A stretch of 64,000 nt of DNA from the human T2T-CHM13v2.0 reference genome, Homo sapiens: NCBI RefSeq assembly GCF_009914755.1, contig NC_060925.1; one strand, written 5' to 3'. Positions 13,541 through 27,900 of the stretch are shown here, piece by piece. A program made the position numbers and the translations under genes. The notes beneath the pieces are model-generated. The model made no database searches and had not been told where the DNA came from. It was given only the letters and a program-made list of their open reading frames with translations. Within the stretch, counting starts at the first letter, position 1; every line of letters begins with the position of its first letter.

Positions 13541-16233
13541 CATTTTAACCATTTTTAAGTGTGAAATTTGGTGGTATTAAGTATAAATCACTACTAGTAT
13601 GTGGTAGGCACTAAAGAAATGTTGGCTGGATCACAGTATAGAAAGTATAGGTGATCCCAGCCATCAGCTGAATTCTGTATGATTTAGCCAAGACTAGGAT
13701 CCCATGGGCCTACCACCTTGTAAAAGAATGTGCTATAATAAGGTAGTGTGAAGATTTTTTGAATTCTTAAATATAGATAATCTGGTGAAAGAGCTTGGGA
13801 TAAGGAAGGAAGCACAGATTTGGAGTCAGAAAAGCCACTTTTGGTCTGAATTGCCACAGGTTAGCATGTGTCCCTTGGCATGTCACTTGACTTTGTTGAG
13901 AATCAGTTCCTTCATCAATAAATGCCCACTTCACTATGTGCTTGTAAGGATCTAATGAAATACCATCCATGTAAATTATAAAGCATTATCTCATTTTGGG
14001 GTATTGGCAATATTATCACTGTGAAGAAGGCATTTTAACAGGCTATATGGGCTGGGATAATGGTTGGATGTGGTAAAATAGTGGGGCCACACTTGTGCAA
14101 TGTTCTGTACTCTGGAAGTGTGTATGTGTGTGTGCATTTTCCAGTCAAAAACTTGGGATAATTGAGATTTGACAGCACTTAGGAGGGTCACAAGTTGAAG
14201 GACCTTGAGAAGTATTGTGAATTCTAAAATAAAAATTAGCTGCTTCTGAATAACCAAAAATACAAAATTTAAAAGTCTCAGTACAGTTAGCCAAATAAAC
14301 TCCTGAACTCAAAGTGTCGTGTGTGTGTGTGTGTGTGTTTAATGTACTCCTTGGAACTTAAAACCAGAAACACAAATATGCTTTGGGGTTAGAACACTGT
14401 GCCAAGTCTCAGCCCAGAACAGCTATTTACAGCAGCTATAAATCCCCTTAGATAGGAGTTGGTAATGGGAAATGAGACCAATCCCTTTAGCAACAGAGCA
14501 GTGAGGAGGACTACCAGGCACTGGTATAATAATTGGAGACAATTCAAATGAATAAATAATGAGATAAATAAATATTTAAAGGCACTCCAAGATAAAAACC
14601 TGAAAAGTGACTTTCTAATTTGTTGAAGTGAAACACAAACTCATACTCATGTATGGGAAGAATTCCTGCTCTGATTCTATCTCCGTGCCTTTTTTTAGTG
14701 TAAGTTACTACCCATTTAGTTGATTTTAGAACTTTGTGCACCTGTGACACCAGTTGAAATCATGGATACGGTGTGACCAGTGATGGGTACCTCCCTGCCT
14801 CTTCTTGTGTAAAGGTTGACTTGCAGTTATCCCAAGGAAAAACCTTTCATCAACTGCTGAGCTTGCTGTCGCCTAGACCTCTTCATTTGTCATGAAGACT
14901 TACCAGTAGAGCTAGCTTCCTAAAGTGCACGTGGGTCTCTTTACCATGTGGTGGTTTCTTTGTAAATAATTAAGAGGCAGGGAGATATGTCTGACTTGAT
15001 GGCAAAGTGCTTGATATGTTACAGGCTTGAGAGTGGTTCCCAGGAATAGTGGACCTGAGACTCAGCCCGCTGCTGAAGGTTTCCAGCAACCCAGTGTCCT
15101 CTTCCTCTCTGGTGCAGTGAAAGATTTGTAGAAGGGCTTCTCCGAGTAAAGTCAGGCTGGCCAGTTATCTGAACATTAGCACGGCACCTATTAGAAATTA
15201 ATGCCAGACTAGAAATATCTTTAAAACAAATAATGCTTCTAAACCCTCCCAGGAGGGTAGGAGTCAGATGCGAAAAGATTATTTGTTGCCTGGATTCTGT
15301 TCATGCCTCAGCTTTTTGGGAGTAGCAGACAGATCAGCTCTTAGAGACCTATAGTTAGAACTGACAGGACCCTTTGAGCTCAAGTTATATATATGAAAAA
15401 TTAGAATTATGTAGCCAAATCATCTTTGGAGCCAAGTATTATTATTATGTGCCAAAAGTAATATGAAATTTAGATAATTTTTTGGTGACAAGGATTAATC
15501 ATTAATAAAGAATACTTTTTTCTTTTAAACATATGAGACACTTGCATAAAATTATTTTAAAAATTATTTTAGTATTTTCTATATATGCTTGATTGCTGTA
15601 TCAGCAGAGCATGTAACTGATGCAAAAGTATATTTCTTTTCAATAGAAGTTATTTTTCTAGGATGGTATTAAGAGTGTGTGGGATGTGAAAGAATATTGT
15701 GGACTGACGTTAAATTTTGACAGCCAAGTATTCTAGACTTATTAGCTATACTTTAAGCAGTAAATTAAACATTTTTTTAACATCCTTAAATTTCTGTAGT
15801 GATATTCTTATAAAATGAAAATGCAAAGGGAAACAGTCTTAAAGGGCTGTAAATGATACTTAGTGTGTTTAAGGGGAGCTGAGTAGAGGTAGGTAAGAGA
15901 GTATGACATTGGAGTATTGAAAGGAGAAACCACAGTGCTGCAAAAAATTTGGTAGATCCCTTACCCAGTAAGGGCGTATGCTGCATGCATTTTGTACTTT
16001 ATCCATCAATACATGCAAAGATTTAGCCTTAGATTTTAAAAATTTTAAGGATTTCTAACATTTTTATTTGCATATTATTTAATCATAAATAATATGATGA
16101 AAGCGAGGCCCCTTGTTTACAGGGAAAATAAAATGATGTCCTATTTTCATTTTGGTAGATGGATATAAATAAGAGATTTTTGTTTTTTCATTTGGGGCTG
16201 GCTCAGTTCTGACTTATCCCCTTGTCTTCCTAG

Positions 16234-16395
16234 GTCAATGGCATGCAGCTTTATGGAAAATCTCGCCGAGAAGCAGTCTCCTTTCTTAAAGAAGTGCCAC
16301 CCCCTTTTACTTTGGTTTGCTGTCGGAGGTTGTTTGATGATGAAGCTTCTGTAGATGAACCAAGGCGCACTGAAACCTCTCTTCCTGAGACAGAG
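16234..16395 (+). CDS. PATJ: PATJ coding exon, end of the PDZ domain plus linker: [54 protein letters not shown]
   Basis: Acceptor cttgtcttcctag|GTC and donor GAG|gtacta; 162 nt, phase 0-0. Contains the PDZ VNG...EAV..LK motif. Confidence 0.96.
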
Positions 16396-16777
16396 GTACT
16401 AAATGAATATAGTGCATTTCCCATAGGCATGCCCATTCATCAAAGATGCCCCGAAGACTGTGCTGCAATAAGAAGGGAGGGGAAACCATTCCACTCTGCT
16501 CTTTTTTTGCTTGACTAAGGCAACAATGCATAGCTTTTCAAATTGTTACTCTTCATTTAACATCAAAAAATTCTTTCCTTCCCTTTCCTTGACATGTTGG
16601 CAACATTGATGCACATGGATTTTGATTTTAGAGAATCTTTGTTTTTAGTAATTGCCTGGATTCATTACTTTTGGCTTCTAGTTCAACGCAGTTTGTCTTA
16701 TATAAGTTTAAGGTGTTTGCGAGTGTTGCATATCTAATGTACTCCCCTTTTTAAGAGCCTTAAAATTATGAAACTCA

Positions 16778-17070
<293 letters not shown>

Positions 17071-17213
17071 GAAACTCTATGATAAATTTCAAAGTGAGTC
17101 TGGAAATTGCCATAAAACCCTTCAGAAGATCAGAGAATGAAATGACACTTTATATGCTCTTGGTACTCCTTATTTATTTATTTTTTTAAAGAGCACTGTT
17201 ACTATGAAAAGAG

Positions 17214-17503
17214 TTTTTTTTTTTTTTTGAAACAGGATCTCCCCAGGCTGGAGCACAGTGTTTTGAACATGGCTCACTGTAGCCTCGACCTTCTGGGCTC
17301 AAGCAATCCTCCCGCCTCAGCCTCCCAAGTAGCTGGGACCACAGGCACATGCCACCACACCCAGCTAACTAAAAAATTTTTTTCGTACAGTCAGGGTCTT
17401 GCCGTATTTCCCAGGGTGGTCTCAAACTCCTGGACTCAAGCAATCCTCCCACCTCAACCCCCCAAAATGCTGGGTTTATAGGTGTGAGCGACTGTACCCA
17501 GCT
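17214..17503 (-). mobile_element. AluJ
   Basis: Alu consensus; TSD aagagtttt. Confidence 0.88.
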
Positions 17504-18921
17504 GGAAGAGTTTTGAGCACATACTTTGCCATCTTATGCTATTTGTAACCTCATCTTTTATGCTACTTTCCCCCCTTTTCAATCTCTTTTAGGTTGTAAT
17601 TCCACTAACACCAGTTCAGATTCATGGGGCCTTTTACTTAAGTTCTGGATTTCAGTATACATGAAACTAATCCTGCCCCTACTACCTCATAATTGTGAAT
17701 CTTGGGCAAATGACTTTCTGTTCATATTTTTCCTTTGAAAAATGGTGATACTTATCATACTTACCCATCTCATGAGTTTGTGCAAGAAGGAAATGTGGTA
17801 ATGTGAGCAACTTCTTAACACAATGCCTTGTACGTGGGAAGTGCTCAGTAACAGTCGGCTATGGCTGTTTGAGTCTCTGCCAGTCCATCCGTTTTTGTTT
17901 TCTTATGTCCTGAAGTACATGAGAGTCTAACACTGTCTTATAGATACTTTAGTATGTATTAATCTTGTTTATCCAAGAAGACTGTCAGCTCCTTGTGGGC
18001 AAAGGCCATATCTTAAAATTATTTTCTATTTCATAGTGTTTTTAGTCTATATTAGGCATATAAGAGGGGCTTGGTAAATTTTTGATTATTGGTTGACTCT
18101 TTTTTAAAAAAATGTTTAACTTGTGTAAAAACTATTTCAAGGAGGGTACTCAAATGCCACACTTTTGTGACTTTTGCTGTCCTTACCAAAATGAAATATG
18201 GGTGGTGGCTTCCCTCTAAAGGCTGATAACAATGCCTTTAATCTAATCTTGCAAGGTGTGTAAATCACAAACCCCACTTGCTGACTCTCTGCCCCCGTCT
18301 GTCATGCTTTACCACAATGGTGAACAACAGCTTTGAATCATGCTAAATGTCAACCTTCCTGCCCATTAGTTGATTGCTTTCCATTCTGTAAATACAGGAG
18401 TTATGCAGAATTGATTGTATCAAAGTGATATATTTCAGGTTGCAGTATAATATCTTATGTACCTTGAATGCCTTGAAATTTCTATAAACACAGGTTTTGT
18501 AATTGTGTGTGGTTTCTTAAAGTCTTGGCTCTTTTTCCATCTGTCTCTTTTTTCATTTCTCCTAATACCATCTTATATTCTTAAACCCTATCTGGTTAGG
18601 CAGCTTAGCCAAAATTCTAATACTCATTAATCAGTGAGGATATTAAATGCCCCAGTAAAACATCAATCATGTTGTATTAGCCATTGGAACTTTACTTTTT
18701 GTTGGAAGATATAAGTGTTTTCTTTTTAAGTATATCACTTCCACACATCAGACTGAAATATGCAGAGGTTATTGATCCATAATGTTTCCACTCATTTCAA
18801 GTTTTCAGCTTCATATTGTTCCCATGTTAGGTTCAATCCACTGTGGATCGGTTATTGACCACCCGTGTCTTGCAGTGACAGTTTAAGATCTGGACCAATC
18901 CTAATTTAAAAAATGTTTTTC

Positions 18922-21175
18922 TACCCCATAGTCTCTTGCCCAAAGCCTCCTAGATCTGATAAACAACTTCAGAAAGTTTCAGGATACGGTATCACTGTAC
19001 AAAAATCAGTAACATTTCTTTACACCAGTAACATCCAAGCTGAGAACCAAATTAGGAACTCAATCCCATTCACATAGCCACAAAAAGAACAAAATAACTG
19101 GAATACAGCTAACTAGGGAAGTGAAAGATGTCTACAATGAGAATTATAAAATACTGCTGATAGAAATCAGAGATGACACAAATAGAAAAACATTCCATGC
19201 TCATGGATAGGAAGAATCAATAGTGTTAAAGTGGCCATACTGCCCAAAGCAATTTATAGATTCAGTGCTATTTCTGTGACATTTTTCACCGAATTAGAAA
19301 AAAACTATTCTAAAATTTTTCTAAATTTTAAGGAAATTTTTAGAAAAATTTTTTGGAACCAAAAAAGAGCCCAAATAGCCAAAGCAGTCCTAACCAAAAA
19401 GAACAAAGCCAGAGGTATCACACTACCCAACTTCAAACTATGTAGTACAAGGCTATAGTAATCAAAACAGCATAGTATTGGTACAAAAATAGACACATAG
19501 ACCAATGGAACAGGTTAAAGAACCTAGAAATAAAGGTGCACATCTACAAGCATCTGTTGTTTAACAAAGTCAACAATAACAAGCAATGGGGAATGGACTT
19601 CTTATTTGGAAAATGTTGCTGGGAAAACTGGCTACCCATATGCCGAAGATTGAAACTGGACCCCTTCCTTTCACCATATACAAAAATCAGCTCAACATGG
19701 ATTAAAGACTTAAATGTAGGCCGGGCATGGTGACTCACGCCTGTAATCCCAACAGTTTGGGAGGCCAAGGGGACAGATCACGAGGTCAGGAGATTGAGAC
19801 CTTCCTGACTAACACAGTGAAACCCCATCTCTACTAAAAATACAAAAAATTAGCTGGGTGTGGTGGCGGGTACCTGTAGTCCCAGCTACTTGGGGGGGCT
19901 GAGGCAGGAGAATGGCATGAACCCGAGAGGTGGAGGTTGCAGTGAGCTGAGATGGCGCCACTGCACTCCAGCCTGAGTGACAGAGCGAGACTCTGTCTCA
20001 AAAAAAAAAAAAAAAAAGTAAAACCTAAAACTATAAAAACCCTGGAAGAAAACCTAGGAACTACCATTGTGGATATTGGCCTTGGCAAAGATTTCATGAT
20101 GAAGATTTCAAGAGCAATTGCAACAAAAACAAAAATTGACAAGTGGGACTTAATTAAACCAAAGAACTTTTGCACAGCAAAAGAAACTATCAACAGAGTA
20201 AACAGGCAACCTACAGACTGAGAGAAAATATTTGCAAACTATGCATCTGACAAAGATCTAATATCCAAGAATCTATAAAGAACTTAAAACAGCAAGCAAA
20301 AACAAACAGCCACCATTAAAAAATGGGCAAAGGACACGTCGCACACTTCTCAAAAGAAGACATATACGTGGCCAACCACCATATGAAAAAATGCTTAATA
20401 GCACTGATCATTAGAGAAATGCAAATCAAAACTACAATGAGATACCATCTCATACCAGTCACAATGGCCATTATTAAAAAGTTAAAAAATAACAGATGCT
20501 GGGGAGGTTGTGGAGAAAAGGAAACAATTAGCACTGCTGGTGGGAGTGTAAATTAGTTCAGCCACTGTGGAAAGCATTTTGGAGATTTCTCAGAGAACTT
20601 AAAACAGAACTACCATTCAACCCAGCAGTCCCATTACTGCGTATATACCCAGAGGAATATAAATTGTTTTGCCATAAAGATGCATGTGTATGTTCATCAC
20701 AGTACTATTCCCAATAGCAAAGACATGGAACAAACCTAATGCCCATCAACAGTGGACTAGGTAAAGAAAATGTGGTACATAGACACCATGGAATACTATC
20801 CAGCCATAAAAAAGAATGAAATCATGTCCTTTGCAGCAACCTGAATGGAGCCAGAGGCCATTATCCTAAGCAAATTAACACAGAAACAGAAAACCAAATA
20901 CCACATGTTCTCACTCATAAGTGGGAGCTAAACATTGAGTACACATGGACACAAAGAAGAGAACAATATACGCTGGGGCCTACTTGGGGGTAGAGGGTAG
21001 AAGGAGGGTGGGGATGAGAAAACTACCTGTCAGGCACTATGCTTATTATGTGGGTGACAAAATCTGTACATTAGACTCCTGTGACACACAATTTACCCAT
21101 ATAACAAACCTGCACACATACCCCCTGAACCTAAAATAAATGTTGGAGAGAATAAATACATAAATAAATAAAATA
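18922..21175 (+). mobile_element. 5'-truncated older primate LINE-1 (L1PA13-16/L1PB-like): ORF2 3' part plus 3' UTR, interrupted by an AluY
   Basis: Degenerate ORF2 peptides ([61 protein letters not shown]); 3' end ccccctgaacctaaaataaa followed by an A-rich tail. Confidence 0.93.
19719..20017 (+). mobile_element. AluY inserted in the L1
   Basis: ggccgggcatggtg...poly(A); AluY-type gagattgagacc and aatggcatgaaccc. Confidence 0.9.
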
Positions 21176-22465
21176 AATTTTTTAAACTAGCTATTTTCCT
21201 AATTATAGAGGGTTTTTCCCTTCCCTTTTTTGTTTACATTAAATTGCTTCTCTTATACTGGTGTTTCAAAATTATGTGTGTAGAGATGATGCATTTTTAT
21301 TTACTGAGGTTACCCAAAGATTTAGAAAGTCTACTTTTAAAAATTATTTACTTGGTACCTTTATTGAGAAGGAGTTTCAAGAGAAACACACTCAAAGATA
21401 GGTAATTTTTAATGTATTGAACAACTATTTATTGTGTGCCTACTATGAGCCAGGCATTATATAGTTGAGCTGATAACCATGGTAAACTCTGTGGTAGCCC
21501 TCACAGAGTTTCCATTCTAGCTTAGGAGCCAGGTATTTTGTTCATTGCTTGGGCTGTAAAAGATAATTTTTGAGCTTCAGATAGAAGTTTAGAGTATTTT
21601 GGGGGAATGTCAATCAGATGAAAACAATAGTACAATGCTATAATTAGTATAAAAACAGAAGGTTTTTTGAAGCAGCCATTCTTCTGCATAGTAGATTCAT
21701 TGACCCTCTCATTTAACTTCCTGGAATTCCACATAGCAATGACTCTTCTTCCTAAAAAGACAGGGAGTCTAGAATAGAGGGACTTTCAGGAGTAAAATCA
21801 AGAAAAGTAACAAAGGACCTGTATACTGGGCAGTTGTGCTAACCTATTTCTTCTAAGATCAGATTTTCATTATTTCAACTCAGTGATTTTTATTCATTTT
21901 AGACTTAAATGATGTCCAAAGACTTGGATTTTTTTTTTCTCACCTTATTTTCTAGTAAAGCTTTTCTTGAAAACTTCCTGGAGCCAGCAGAAGTGGTTTC
22001 CCTGTTCTGCTCCAGCCTATCTCTGTGTTGATATTTCTTTCTTTGTCTCTCTCTGTAATTATGAAGCCAGGTATTGCTACTTACGTATCTTATAAGCTTC
22101 TACTTTGTATGATGTTTTCATTTACTTAAATTGCATATTTTTCCTTTTATGCTTCTAATGGGATGACAGAACTCATTGAAGTATAAGAGGTCAGTGTTAA
22201 TACTTTGAATGAAATAAATTCTTCACATTAATAAAAAAAACTGTATGAACAGTCTGAATTTTTAAGCACTTGAATTTTTATAAGATCTTATCCTGGAGTG
22301 TGTGTGCCCCAGAGCATGCCCCTTTTACAAAGATTAAAAAGAAAAACTACGCATGCCAAAGAGAATTCTCAGTTTGAGAAGAAGCTGTGAGATTCTTGAT
22401 GTGTGCATTCTTTTCAGAATTGAAAGCATAGTGTTTTGAAGCATTTATCTTCTTTGGTATTTCAG

Positions 22466-22597
22466 GTTGACCACAATATGGATGTCAATACTGAAGAAGA
22501 TGATGATGGGGAATTAGCACTGTGGTCCCCTGAAGTCAAGATTGTTGAACTAGTAAAAGATTGTAAAGGTTTGGGATTCAGCATTTTGGATTACCAG
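22466..22597 (+). CDS. PATJ: PATJ coding exon, start of the next PDZ (probably PDZ5) with the GLGF loop: [44 protein letters not shown]
   Basis: Not in the ORF track; read manually. Acceptor ggtatttcag|GTT and donor CAG|gtataa; 132 nt, phase 0-0. Contains KGLGFSI. Confidence 0.96.
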
Positions 22598-23554
22598 GTA
22601 TAAGAACCTGTGTAGAGGTGTTTTCTTTGGAGTGATTGGTTTGTATTAAAGTTATGGGAAGTAGCAATTGTTTAAGACCCCTATTGACTTAAGCAAAACT
22701 GAATCCCAAAGATGGGATATTATACTACTTTCAATTGTTACCTTTAAAATTAGTAGCTCCCTTAGTGAATAAAATGATGGATTATATAGGAACTGGACAA
22801 TAAGGGAAGCAATAGTTATATATCCATGGGTGCTTTTAGAGCAGGATCTTGATGAACTTGTTTATATGGAGGACTTTTGTTCCTCAGCTTTATTCAGATA
22901 TCTTTCACATACCATAAAATTCACCCATTTTAAGCATACAGTTCAGTCGTTTTTAGTATATTCACAGAGTTGTGCAACCATCACCACACTCTAATTTTAG
23001 AACATCTTCAACACCCAAAAAAGAAATCCCATACACATTAGCATTCGTTCCCAATTCATACTCTCCTCTCCCTCCCCTTCACATGAAGGTTTATAGTTTA
23101 GCTTACCTATTAATTTCAATGTGCTTAAATAAATAGAAGTGTTCTTGGTCAAGTTATATATTGCATTTATGTTAATACATAATATCTATGTATTTATTTA
23201 TAGCTACTCCAATTATAACTAGGGTAAAGTTACCAATACATTTGGGGGAGGGAGATGTAAAAGGTCACAACAAGACATCTATGTTGTACGGTTCTACCAG
23301 TTACTGTCATATATTCAGACTGCTGATTATTTGGGGGAATTAAAATTGTTGCCAAGAAATCTCTTAACTTTTAAGATGCATATTTTACTACTTTGGTGCT
23401 GCCTTAACACATTGTGGTTTAGTAAAGCAAAATGTACTCTGTTAAAGCCCATAAAATGCCAAGTGATATTTAAAAATCAATTCTTTTTTAATATAATAAG
23501 GCAATCAGGAATAAATTAAAATAGTTTGAGCATTGTATAAGAATATTACGTTCT

Positions 23555-24515
<961 letters not shown>

Positions 24516-26318
24516 TAGGTTAGCCAAAATTAACTGGAATTGAATGAACAAATTTAATGGGAATTTGAGGCATGAGCCACCATGCCCAGCCTAGGTTAGC
24601 CAAAATTAACTGGAATTGAATGAACAGATTTAATGGGAATTTGTTAATAATCGATTTTGATAATTGGGATTTAATTTAGAAGATACCTTTCAGATGTGGT
24701 CTTAGATATTCAGGTACATTTGCATTTCTATTATTGTAGGAATCTATATATATTTGCATTCTTATAATACATATTTATATCATAATGGTTGCTCTGATGC
24801 TCTTAACTGACATTATCTGTAAGTTTTATATTTTGAATAGTGCACATATTAAGTCAGAGAAATGTTTCAGAACTCAAAAAAATTCAGTAAAGGATGGAAA
24901 GAAAAACTAGATAGTCCTTAAGAATTTAATCCCTAGTTAAAAGGAAAACCCCCTTCTGAGCTTTACGCTTAAAAACATCTATAGTCAGTTCTAAATGTAG
25001 AATTTTTTGTTCTTCATTGCATTCCTGTAGGTATGTATTGTAACTTCTATTGTTTCTTGAAATTTTATTTTTAATTTATAGAATTATAGGATTTTCCTTT
25101 TCCTCTTATTTACCTCTCAATCAGCAGCACACATACTGACATTTGTTTCTGTACAAATTATGTAAAATAATTTTCTGCCAACAAAGGATTAGATATTCTT
25201 TTTGTCTTTGTGCTTCTTATAGAACATAACTACTTAATTTCCTAAAGGCCATTTTGATTCAGATTAAAGGGCTCATCTTATTTACTTCTACAGCTAAACC
25301 TTGGGGAATGGGGAGGGGAACACATTCAATCCTAACTTGGATGCTTTTCTTAAGTCAGTCTTAAGTGTACTTACAGATGTGTACAGCACATTTTTCACCA
25401 TTTGTCAGTGGTACCTAGAACTGTTATCTACCATGACATTTAGATGACAGGTAAACACAACTCAAATTTGGTTTTGGGCAAGTTAATTAATCGGTTATAC
25501 CATCCCTTGTTGTAATTAGGTAATAAATTCTAAAGTTCAAGAATATTTTTTGCAAGGCCAGGCAAAGGGTTTAGCAAAAGCCATGAAAGGCCACGTCCCT
25601 GGCTATTATTGCATTCAGCATGTCCTGTATGAATTTATTAGGTAGCTGAGTAGGGCCAAGGCAAATTCTTGCCCTGCCAGGCCTAGCATGTTCAGAACAA
25701 AAAGTACTGCAGAAACATTTAGCTACAGAGAGAAAGTATTATTAGAGGGAGAGAACTTTTACGTTGTAAAGGGCTTACTTAGCATTATTGTAGAGATTGA
25801 AAATTTACTTTGGAATATCTCATTTCAGTTTAACCACTTTTCTCATGAACAGCCTTTTCTCTAGAACAAGAACTTTTTGAAGAGCCTAACAAAATTACAT
25901 TAATCTATTTCATTGGTGTTTATGTACCTCCAAATTTATAAAATGGAGATAGTAATGTCTAGCACAAAGGATTGTGTGGTTTAAATGAATTAGTGTGTAA
26001 GGAAATAGGAAATGTTATGTTATTATGGAAATATATTAACAATTATTCAGTTTAGAAAATAAACACAAAAGTTTTTGATACTGTCCTCAAAGATGGCACC
26101 ACACTATAATGTTTGTACTCTATCAATTCTTTAACTCTCTAGTTAGATTACAAAAATTAATAAGTAGATGCCTTTGTTTAGTGAAGTCTAAATTTAATCT
26201 TAAAATTGTATTCTAAAATGCAGCCAATTCTTGATGAGCCATATGTGAATTACCCAATTGTGGATTATTGGCCAGAAGTTTGCGTTTTATATAAATTGAA
26301 CTGAACTTTAGGAAAAGA

Positions 26319-26620
<302 letters not shown>

Positions 26621-27024
26621 GGGAAAGATGAGTGAGCAGATAAAGGAGCTTGAATTAGTCTATAGAACAATAGGGTAGCTCTCTGGACCGGTCAGTGACT
26701 CAGAATATTGATGAAAGTTGTGTAACTGAGCAGAGAAAAGAGGTATGCCTTTATACGTGAAATGATCAGCTGAGTCTGATACACAGTTCTACAACTGAGT
26801 CATATGGCCAAAGTACAAAGTGTGAAAATTCATTTCATTAAAGACATTTTAAATTAGATTGGGTCAAAGACAAAAGAGAAAGCAACAGGGAAGACAATAA
26901 ATGTGATTAGGTTATAAGTTTCTTTATTAGCTCTTAGGGTACAGTGGTAGTAGCTTTGTTGGCTATTATTTGAACAGAGGTAGAATATTTGTTAGTCTCA
27001 AATACGCCTAGCCACTTCATGTAG

Positions 27025-27483
<459 letters not shown>

Positions 27484-27689
27484 GACTGAGTACTCTGTTT
27501 CTAAGCAACAAAACTCTTCAGAAACTTGGTTATAAGTTTTTATACTGTAATTTCTTGCCAGTTTGTAGGTGAGGTTTTTATATTATACCTTAGTTATCTC
27601 TGTCTTCTTTCCCTAGTATTTATGTGTAATGTCTTTATTCCTTAGACTATGGTCTCCGTGGAAGATTACTGATACTCCCACTAGTATTA

Positions 27690-27900
27690 ATAACAATGTT
27701 AGGTAACATTTACTGAATGTTTACTGAGTGCCAGGTAATGTTCTAATTGCTTTACATGTATTAGGCTATGTATTCCTCACATGAACCATATGAAAGAGAT
27801 ACTCTTATTGTTGTCATTTTAGAAGTGAAGAAACTGAGGCACAGAAAACTTAAGTAATTAGTCCAATTCATACAGGTAGTATATGGTAGAACTGAAGCAG
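27690..27900 (-). mobile_element. MIR remnant (other MIR remnants at about 13800-13980, 39480-39730, 43390-43570, 45110-45270, 46090-46320)
   Basis: Core gaagaaactgaggcacaga...taagtaa. Confidence 0.7.

Noticed and set aside
19231-20556. L1 ORF2-like peptides as an active retrotransposon
   Set aside because: The element is fragmented by stops and frameshifts, 5'-truncated and Alu-interrupted.
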